DNA of 61,292 nucleotides, counting the filler, from Sphacelaria rigidula (taxonomy: Eukaryota): assembly GCA_964200075.2 (NCBI GenBank). It is 5 parts of 5 records of this genome, joined end to end, with 100 filler letters (N's around TTAATTAATTAA, not from the genome) between each part and the next. Parts side by side here need not be neighbours in the genome. Positions count along the whole stretch, not along the records: positions 49,117 to 61,292 come from CAXNAA020004039.1; 4 more parts are not named here. The stretch is one strand, 5' to 3'. The notes beneath the pieces were generated by a model that searched no databases, was not told the origin of the DNA, and saw only the letters and a list, made by a program, of their open reading frames with translations. Position 1 is the first letter of the stretch. Each line of letters begins with the position of its first letter. Shown in pieces: positions 52,140-61,292 of the stretch. A program made the position numbers and the translations under genes.

Positions 52140-54171
52140 TCAGGTGCCCCGCCCAGCTCCGCCATTCCCGCCGAAGCTGTGGGAAAAGCGCGCCACTGTA
52201 CTCGCTGCGGTCGCCGATGCTGCCGGCGCTGGTGGTTTTGCCGACGCCGCCGTCGGTGCTGTTGGAGGTATCGGTAGCGCCGCTGGCGGCTGGAGGGGAG
52301 GGCCTCCGACGGCTTCATGGGTGCTGGTGTGGTCTGGGAGGCGGCAGCCGCGCCCCCGTGGGCATGTGAGCCCCTGCCAAGCTCGTAAGCAGACGCCCGC
52401 CGGCGGGGCCCATGACGCCAGTTCCGAAATGAAGTCGGTGTTCGGTGGCGTAAGGTGTTGCCACTGGGGCGGGTACGGCGGGGGTCGGGGAGCGACACGT
52501 TTGACCGCGTTGCTCGTGCCCCCGTCGGGGAGTACCTTTCGCTTGACGGCTGTCTTGGGGGCGGGCTGCGCGGGTGAGCCTGCTACCGCGAGCCCGGGGT
52601 TTTGGCGACCGATGAGGCTGCTGGGGTGGCCGTCGGCGGTGAGCGTTTTTACACGGGTGAACGATGGCACCGGCGCCGCGGGGCCCTGCCCGTTGGCAGG
52701 TGGGGCGGCGGGAGACTCCATGCGTAGGTTCAATCCCGCGTCCCGGCATTCTGTGAGCCACCCGTTGATGTCGTGGTTAAAGTCAGTGATTATGCGGGTT
52801 TTGACGGCCGCCTCGTCTCTGTGTAGAGCGGCGTAATTTTTTCCCGTATACGCGTCCAGCGCCGACGCCATCCTCGACAGTTCTCCTGTGATGAAGGCTC
52901 GCCTATCCCGCCCGCCGTCGTTGTCGGTGGTGCCGAAGTTGATGATGATGGTCAGCGCCTTGGTGAATGTTGTGACATGGACCTCAGCGCGAAAGTAGTT
53001 TTTTTTATGCCAGGCGGCACCGGGAGTGGAAGTTGGTGACGTCTACGTCGGTCAACGTCTGGAGATTGCTCAGCATGCCCCGGTTGGTGTCGGCCACGTC
53101 GCGGAGTTTTAGTTTCAAGTTTGCGTCAGACATGGGAATTGGAAGGGAGACCCCGCCCCTGAGGATGTGGAAGAGTGCCTTGTTTTCGTCCGAGAGCCAG
53201 CTGTTGATATCCCGCTTCTCCTGCATTTCTTCGGCTTTCTTCGTACTGGCGGGGGCGGCGTTGGCCGCTCCCATTGCATGCATGAGTTGTTGGATCTGAC
53301 CCCCTCCCCCGCCGCTGAGAAGTTGAAGGAGTTGGTGGATCGGGGATTGCGGCTGTGCTTGGTGGTATTGCTGTGGTTGCTGTTGATGGAGTTGTTGTAC
53401 GTGGTGCTGGTCCGGCTGCGGTTGCTGTTGTTGCTGCGGCGGCTGCGGTTGTTGGTGTTGGTGCCGCGGTTGTTGGTGCTGCTCGTGCTGCTGTTGCTGC
53501 TGCTGTTGCGGTTGATGATGGTGATGTGGCTGCGACTGTTGGAGTTGGTGATGCGGTAGTGGCCCTCCGATGGGTGGCGGCAGTGGGGCGCTGGGTGCAA
53601 GCGGGGACGCCCCGTTTACTCTTCCCCCCGCCATGTGCTGTTGCTGTGCGGCGCCCGCCGGCTGCCGGCCGACCCCGCCTTGGACGGCCCCGCCTTGCTG
53701 CTGTGGTTGTCCGTAGTGAAGATGTACCTGCTGTTGAAGGTTCGAGATTGCCTGGCTCTGTTGCTGCTGTCGGTGAAGGCTTTGCTGGTGTTGCTGTTCC
53801 ATGTTGATGTTCGTTTTCGCCTGTGCCTGCAGGATTTGAGCTAGAATGTCTGATGGCTCGCTTGGGCTTGGTGGGGGTCCGAGTGGCGGTGGGGGGGGTG
53901 CAGGTGCGTCAGTGTTCAACTGGCCTGCACTACCTTGCGGGCGGGCATGCTGGTTGACGGAGATCGGGTTGCTGTGCGTGCCTCCGGCTTGTGGTGCCGA
54001 GGCTCGGCGTGGTTCCCTTCCTGCGGCCCTTCCCTCTTTTGCTCCTGCCGTTGCTCGAGCTCCTGATGTGCTGTGGGGGTGTTGGCCTTGGCTTTGCGAA
54101 GCTGCTCCTCCCGCTGCTGCTGCTGCTGCTGCTCCCGATGTTGATGTGTTGTCCATTGTAAAATCGATCAA
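52140..54171 (-). CDS. Gag-like ORF1 (Gln/Pro-rich N-terminus, helical core, CCCH-like finger), split by one frameshift near 53005-53068
   Basis: ORF 54171-53005 continues in the +1 frame (NYFRAEVHVTTFTKALTIIINFG...) into ORF 52871-52140. C-x8-C-x5-C-x4-H at 52329-52391. Confidence 0.7.
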
Positions 54172-57100
54172 GTGCCAGGGACTACTGTACTACTGAGACT
54201 GCTGGCGTGTCGCTGACTGGTCAACTGGTCTCGAGTGATAACTGTCTGCTTCTTTGGTGCTTTGGCACCACACCAGTCTCGCCCGCTTGAACCAACTCTG
54301 CGGCGTTTGCGCCTTGGACACGCGATCCCTTATATCTTATCTCAACTTCGGCATACGCCAGAGTACATCCCTTGTAATTCGTCATCCGCCAACACAAACC
54401 TCGTATTCATACTGAATACACCCAAATCGGCGCCATGTTCACTTGAATAAGCACGATATGAGAAACGGTCAGTGTGCCACCGTTCTTCACTGAACTCTCG
54501 AAGCAGCGCTGGCACACCTCGAATGTGTTTTGATAGTGCAGTCATGTCGCGTTGTTTCAACTCTACGTCATTATGTTCGCTGTACTGCTGATGCAGAAGC
54601 TGCTGCTTCTCTACCGTACATGCGATCTTTGTTACCATAGGTGGCTGAATATAACGGTTTTTATATTTATCGTCGTTTTCCAAATTGGAATCAGCATCAT
54701 TTTCATACTGAATCGGCATCATTTTCCGGATCATTTCTCGTTGAACTCTCAACAGATTTGTGCAAGGCCACGCACAGTGCTGAGTTGATGAGCAGCCACG
54801 GCTTTTCCTCTAAACCATGACCTCTGCCATTACGCAACGCGCATACCAATCACCGGTTTGCATGTATCTTGGAAATCGATCTACGAGCGTGGCGGCGTAA
54901 GCTGCCGAAATACTTGTACATGTATATGATACGGTATTTGCGCACGAGAGAGACGGAGGCATGGTGTAACCGGCATCATTTGCTCAGTTTACCGCTAGAA
55001 GTTCAGAGTTCAGTTCACTCCTTGCCGATGAAGAGGATGGCAGAAAGTATCAGTTTTTGTACGCGTGAAGCTCATCGCCGGAACGAGACGAGCAAAACGC
55101 GGATGGTTTCACGTTGTTTGAAAGTGGCAGCTTGCACGAACGGTCGAAAGCAGTATTGGGAAGCTATCTTGCAGACAACCCCCCTTTTTCACGAGGGAAT
55201 GTGCTTGCTCGTCGCCAGTTGACCCGGAAATTGGGATTCACATTTTCCCCTGCTGCTGGGTACCTACCGCATGTCGCAAGTCAGAGAGGGTCAGAGTTAT
55301 CATGCACCCCATTGAAAATATTCCAAGAAGGGAAACCGACAAAAATGGGTATACCGGGTGGTTTTAGGAAAAAAACTACTTGGTGCATTTTTCGGCTCGG
55401 AGCGCGGCGCTGCACGCGGGCAGAACACCTCGAAAACACGTTTCAGCGCGTCAGCCCCACACCCAACGTGCTTGGGCAACTTGCCCAACCCCCTTTTGTT
55501 GTTTAGACACATATCAATAGGCTGAACTAGGGCGCGAAAGAAGATAGCCTGTTGAAGCAAGTAGAGCCTGTTAGAGCTCTTCGTTTTGCCAACAAATCAG
55601 CACGTTACACCCGACTCCCCGCTTGAACATTTTACCATACCTGTTTTTGGTCATTTGCGTACCCTTCAATGCTCACGTGCATACACGTTTTGGTTGTATG
55701 GTGACCCTACCGCGGGCTCCGCAGAATATAGGCCAAACAGTCACACATACACCCTATTTTGTCGAACTACACATCGCCAAATGGGCTGAAAAACCCAAAG
55801 AAAAACAATTTGTAGCCTGCTGCTGGTTGCCTCGCAGGCCCCAAAGATCTGACGGTGTACCCGGTGCTGGGCATCACGAAGATCCATGATTTTGTGAAAA
55901 GTGCTGCACTCGCACACCCGCCCGCACGTGGTCTTGTGGCATCATGTGGAGAATCGGAGCGTTGCGGACTTCACGGTTTGAGGATCGGGACGAATCCCTA
56001 CCGACCGGATTGCAGTGAAGCACAAATCGAATTGCGCATAATCGGATGTACTGCCGAGAGAGTTCATGACACAATCCAGATTCTGGAGAGGAGCAATGCA
56101 CAACGTGCCACATAGCAGCGGAAGGATGTCAGTGCCCCCTACGAATGGCGTTACGCAGCAGGGCAACCGCGCCGCCGGCCCCTCATCAAACCGCAAATTG
56201 TTCACCTCGGTCCACCCCCCACAGAAAAGGAGATGCACGGGTTTACGTTGGTACACGTTATCCGTATATTAGAGCATCTCCATTATGGTGCGTGGTGGAT
56301 CAATTTGAAAACGTCGGTAAAGCATGCTCAGCTTGCGATCGCACGTGTTGTCGCGCCGTGTAAACAGTGCAGACCGGACCATACCATCGTGTATGTGCCT
56401 CGTTACCTGGTGAACGTTGTTCGCATGCTGTTCAACCTGCTGACAACACCAACCGGAGGCATATCGAGAACCCCCGGGCAGGGAAGGTGCGAAGAGTGCC
56501 TTGTGCGAAGTGTGCGTTGACAGACCTCAAATCGGTGCCTATGGCGCCGGTTTGGACAAAGACACGTTTTGCGCATGGTACAAAGCGCTCGGGACTGTCA
56601 GTCCGACTTGGGATCCAAATCTCGGTGTCATTGGATACTCTCGAGCGTGGCTGTGGATGCGTGATATGTAATGCATGTAGAAGAGGTGCTGCTGGCCACT
56701 TCCGATGACGAAGACTGTGTTCGCGAGCAACATCTGTCTTGGACGTCTCCAAGCCCTAGTGAGGGAGGAAGCCCTTCGAGCAATCGCGGGACCTTGTTCT
56801 GAATCATGACAGGTCTATAGTGCGTCTTTTATCGTCCTAGTCCTTTCGGGGTGTACAGCTGCTCTGGCCTAAACGTCCGGGCGAACAATGATCTTGTCGT
56901 TATCCTGTTTGAAATGGTGTTGAACCACAGGCCTCCCAGTGACGATCAGCCCGCTCAAATTCGATTTGTTTGTCAATTTCAAAGTCACTCGAAGTTTGAC
57001 AACTTGTCGTGACCTCTGAGCGTATGCACAGCCCTTCTTTACCATTTTTTTCAAGATTTCGTGTGTAGACTGCCACGTCTCTGCATTGCCATCATGTTGC

Positions 57101-57629
57101 GTACGTGGCACAGTGTAACGTCACCACGCTAATTATCACCCTCCGGCTTGACACTACCCCCTCCGCCGTGACACCACCCCGGGCGATTAGTTTCCGGCTG
57201 TTTATCACACCTCGTCGCTATATTGAGTTTTGTTCTGCGCTTGTTGTATATGACCCCCTAAAGAAACCTCCATTTATTTCAAGTCACATTAAACCCCTCT
57301 CCTCCCTCGGAAGAATGCTGTGGTCTCAGGAGATCAGTCCATCTCTGCCCTGGTATCTCCACAGCCTGGTCTGGCGAGAACCCGGCGTGCTCAGTCCCGC
57401 TTTTGTAGGGACGCACCCCAAATAGGGTTGGCGTCGATTGACGATGACGCTGTGAAACACCGCCACTTACTGGGTAAGCTAGGCAACCTTTTTACCTTTT
57501 TTTTGCGCGCGCTTGCTTTTTTGTGTGGTAACCATTACGGTAGTTGAGCCAGATCATTTTGTGCGGCGTGGGAGAACCTCGAGTCCGCACGAAGGGGATT
57601 ATCGTACTACGTAGTGTTTAAATGGTGAG

Positions 57630-58382
57630 ACACCCATGAGGCAGTGCCCGATGCCGTAGGCAATGGTGTTTATGGAATCTTTGGTGTTTTTCGAGTTGAA
57701 ACCCGTTTTTTTCTTTGCACACACCACCCTGTCTGCACGAACGGCCGAAGAAAATCATTTGGTCTGAAAAAGGCCATATCTAGCCCCATTTCCAGGGGCT
57801 AAAAAGTGTCGAAAAGAAACGACCGACCGATTCGCCTTGTTGACCTTCCGCAGCAGCCTTTGTTGGGATAAGTGACGGCCGCCCACCACGAGTCTTGTTT
57901 GAGAGGTCGAGCTCCCCGGTTTCGTCGATCTGAGCTTTCCACTCGGATCAATGTTTTCTAGGGTGGTCCCTACCAACACCATAACGCTCCGCCATGGGGG
58001 CCTGGAACGCCCTTTGGCACCCTTGTTTTGCCTGGCGGAATGGCCAACGCCATCTCCACCATGACATAACATTTGCCCAACGATAGCTCGGCGCCCCATT
58101 TCCGTCTTGGGGGGGTGTTCATCGTGGTTGTGGGGGTACTAGGCGTTCAAACGTCGATGGTGACCTGAATTCTCACAACAAATGTGGAAAAACGACCAAA
58201 AAAACAGTTTTCGACCAACCAATTCTCGCGTTAGTACAACACGATTTTCATTAAATATCGTTTCAATTAGCATCATCACATCTAAAGCTTTTCAACAAAC
58301 CTAACTATTACATGGTTGGCAATTCCGCTGGCGAGATACGATCTGACCCCCATAACAAACTTGAGTTATGGCACAGAAGAAG
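57630..58382 (-). mobile_element. Second, diverged copy of the mariner-like derivative with a transposase HTH remnant
   Basis: Inverted homology to 13530-14300 and one TIR plus TA at 58382. Minus strand gives MAERYGVGRDHPRKH*SEWKAQIDETGELDLSNKTRGGRPS (HTH plus GRP motif). Confidence 0.8.
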
Positions 58383-59496
58383 TATACAATATCGCATCAA
58401 GAGGACCAAGAGCGCGAGTCAAACCCCCTTCCCCCCCCCTCTCTACCCCCCGCCCCCCTCCCTTGCCTACGCCCCCTCCACCGCTGCGCCCCCAGGTAGA
58501 TACAGCGTGTAAGGCAGGATTCGCGGATTGTTCACACGCCGCCATGGCCTCAGTCATGGTGGAGAGCACGGGCAAGAAGGAAGGGATATAGATCGAACGA
58601 CATTCGTACAGCATACACCATCTCCACACATCGATTTCATCGCCGTTGATGTTCCCGAACTGTTTCCTCATAGGTTCCGAGCACTTGCGGGGCAAGAGTC
58701 GGGTCAGGTTTCTTCCTTCCGTCGAAGGTTAGAAGACTGTTTTCTGGGTATGCGCTTGTGTCGAATAAAGTCAGAGCGTTCAGGAAGCGTTCAGGTTAAC
58801 CCGGATTGAATGCATACGCATATAGCCCACATTCCCCTCGACGGCAGCGTTGATTGCCGAAAGCTATTGCTCTTGCGTGGTACATCAAAAACATTTGCCA
58901 TTCATAACTTTTTCAAGATCTGACAAAATTTGTAAAAGTTACAAGATTAGTCACTTGTGGAAAGTGGTGCTGTTTTTCTATAGTGATTCCCTGTAGTCAC
59001 AAGTTAATGGACATTTGAAACTCCAACGGAAGTCTTCTTGTGTCAAAAGGAGGCGATGTATCTTGGTCTGCAGCAGATCCGAAGACGTTGCTCGGGTTCT
59101 GCTTCTGAGTGGCGACTTCCATCTGCCGCCTAGCTTTTCTATGCCCCCCCTCCTTGAAGCCCTGACGGGAACCTGTCGGAGTTTCGTTTTGGGTCAGGCA
59201 TACAGTGCTGGCCCACAATTTGAGCTTACCGTCTCCCTCGTTTTGTTTTGCATTTTGCCCCTTGAATCGAGTTTTCTTCAGCAAGCGTTTTCCCGCGACA
59301 CTTTGAAATCCCCTGCCTCGTGACGAGTCTGTATTATCAGGGGATTGCATCCCTCCCCCCGTACATATGTCATTTTGGTTTCACGGATTAGGTCAGCACT
59401 TCCGCACCGTCAACGCTCGTCATATTTTCCTTCTCTATTGATTTCATAATGCTTACAGCCACAGGGTGATGCCGCGATAGCTCCGTCATAAAATTA

Positions 59497-59700
59497 GTTG
59501 GTTCGAGGAGGTAAAATCTGCATGCAGATCAAAATGATGAACGACGAACACACCGAGCAGATGGGAATTACCACGCTTGGGATCAGTTTCGCCAGTGATA
59601 GCCATATGAGGCGCGCTTCATGCAGTCTGAAACCAACGATTATTTGCTGTATGGTCATTTTTTTCGTGACGGTTTTGGTGGTTAGGGGTGGGGGGTGATG
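59497..59700 (+). mobile_element. MITE family B, degenerate internal fragment
   Basis: Body homology (GGGAATTACCACGCTTGGG...GAGGCGCGCTTCATGCAG...TTTCGTGAC), TIRs lost. Confidence 0.65.
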
Positions 59701-59989
59701 GGAAGGTATTATGCAATCACTTAACGGAAATCGTAGACCCCCCAAAATCACTTTGAAGAAGCACCAGGTAGACCACCGGGGCGCGTCGGCAACCTAGTAT
59801 TTCCGTTCATTTCTGGTTCGGTACGCTCATCTAGTGGTAGCGGCTAGATTTATATAAGATGAGTTGATTGCCGGAAATGAAAAATAGGGACTTAACTGCA
59901 GTTTGGCCCACTGAAGATGGATAATTCAGTCAACGTACCCGGAACAAACATCGAAGGCCTTGCTCGTAGGCATCCCTTCACAGATGGAC

Positions 59990-60640
59990 AGTCGGCTACA
60001 ACGGCAGGGTCGAAGGGACAATACCCTGTCAAGGTCAATTTTTGAGACGATCTTGAAAGTTTGTACCACCTACTAGCGTATCCAAATGTGCGGATACTGC
60101 ACACCAGGAGACGTTGTGCAAGGAGACAGATTTTATTAACCCTGTACAACGGGGGACCCTGCACAGGGTGTAGTATGCGGTGTCTCTCAAGGTTGAATTT
60201 TGAGACGACCTTGAACGTCGCTACCACCTAGTAGCGTATCCAAATGTGCGGACACTGCGCAGCATAAGACCTTGTTCAAGGAGACAGTTCCTTTAACCCG
60301 GTACAACGGTGGTCCCTGCTTAGTGCGTGGGGGCGATGCCTCTCAAGGTTAAATTTTGAGACGACCTCGAAAGTTGCTACCATCTACCAAGGTATATAGG
60401 ATGTGCGGACCCTGCACAGGATCAGACCTTCTGCAGAGAGGACAGGTTTATGAACCCCGTGCAAAGATGGATCCTTTTCCGGGTATAGGGAATAGTACCC
60501 TGCCAAAATGGCATTTTTCACTAGACCCCGATAGACCATGTCATCTACCAAGGTATGCGAGACGCGGACCGTGGACAACGTCGAACGTCGTGCCAGGTGA
60601 AAGATAAACATGAACCCTGATCAAGGATGGACCCCGTCAT
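59990..60640. repeat. About 157-bp diverged tandem array, 4 units
   Basis: TCAAGGT.AATTTTGAGACGA anchors at about 60029, 60187 and 60343, with a degenerate fourth unit at about 60500. Confidence 0.85.
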
Positions 60641-61292
60641 GGATATCTCGAAGCCGACCCACGTGCAAGGTCGAGTCTCGTCCTCCGTAACAACCATAGA
60701 TGTCATTTACAACGCTAGAACATGCACAGCCCCCGTTTGGCGGACCATGAGCAAGGTGAGACTCCGGTATGGCAACCGCTGCTGAGACATGCCGCCCCGT
60801 GCAATATGGTTGGGCCGTAGCTGTGTACGTTCATATTTTCATAGGGTGCCCTGTGCCCAGGGCGCTTCCAATTTCAATTTATATCGGTCTTTGTGACCTT
60901 GCCGTCTCGGATTTCGGCGGTGAAATCGGCGTGGTTTCGGTTGGGCCCCTCTACTCTGAAGTGGAGGTCTGCCGCACGCACCCGGGGTATGATGATTTGT
61001 CGTTGGACGGAAGCGTAACGTTGTGTTGAAGCATGAATCGTGTTCGTGTTATCGCCGTTGACCTACATTCGCAAGGGCCCGCAGCAAGCCAGTGCTGCGA
61101 CGCGAGCCGTTTCCCGGCAAATCCCCGCTAGGTCGTCCCGCACCAGTCCTAGTCACTACCATACCTGTTTTCAAGTACATGTACGCGACTTGCTTCCCTG
61201 TATACCATTGACCATTGTTATTATTTATTATTATTATATCCATCACACTAGCTTGATCTCTCGAACCCGTGGTCACAGATTGCAAGGAGCAT

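Larger units (their letters stand above)
49117..54342 (-). mobile_element. DIRS/Ngaro-type (tyrosine-recombinase class) retrotransposon, 3' part cut by the contig end
   Basis: Gag-like ORF with a Cys/His finger, followed by an RT of DIRS-like character with no protease motif before it. The recombinase ORF is not in the window. The 5' boundary is approximate. Confidence 0.8.

Noticed and set aside
51606..54196. Long plus-strand ORFs opposite gag
   Set aside because: They are antisense shadows of GC-rich, low-complexity coding sequence.

Overview
Eukaryotic, repeat-rich DNA. The inferred source is a brown alga or related stramenopile, based on intron-rich genes with kb-scale introns, CCCTAA telomere-type repeats and about 50% GC. 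The window is not one locus. It is five unrelated contigs of descending length (12180, 12180, 12179, 12177, 12176 nt) joined by 100-nt N spacers that carry the six-frame stop linker TTAATTAATTAA, so no linkage can be inferred across 12181, 24461, 36740 or 49017. One host gene is clearly supported: a minus-strand CMGC/CDKL-like Ser/Thr kinase with six phase-consistent exons (37852-46501). Contig 5 carries a truncated DIRS/Ngaro-type (tyrosine-recombinase class) retrotransposon with gag, a CCCH-like finger and RT. Its gag and pol-leader ORFs are in the same frame and separated by one UGA followed by a strong hairpin, a candidate readthrough signal. The rest is decayed Copia/Gypsy gag, mariner derivatives, several MITE families with readable TIRs and TSDs, tRNA-derived SINEs, foldbacks and tandem arrays. 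Two of the arrays may be fossil repeat-protein genes. Most short ORFs in the track are spurious.
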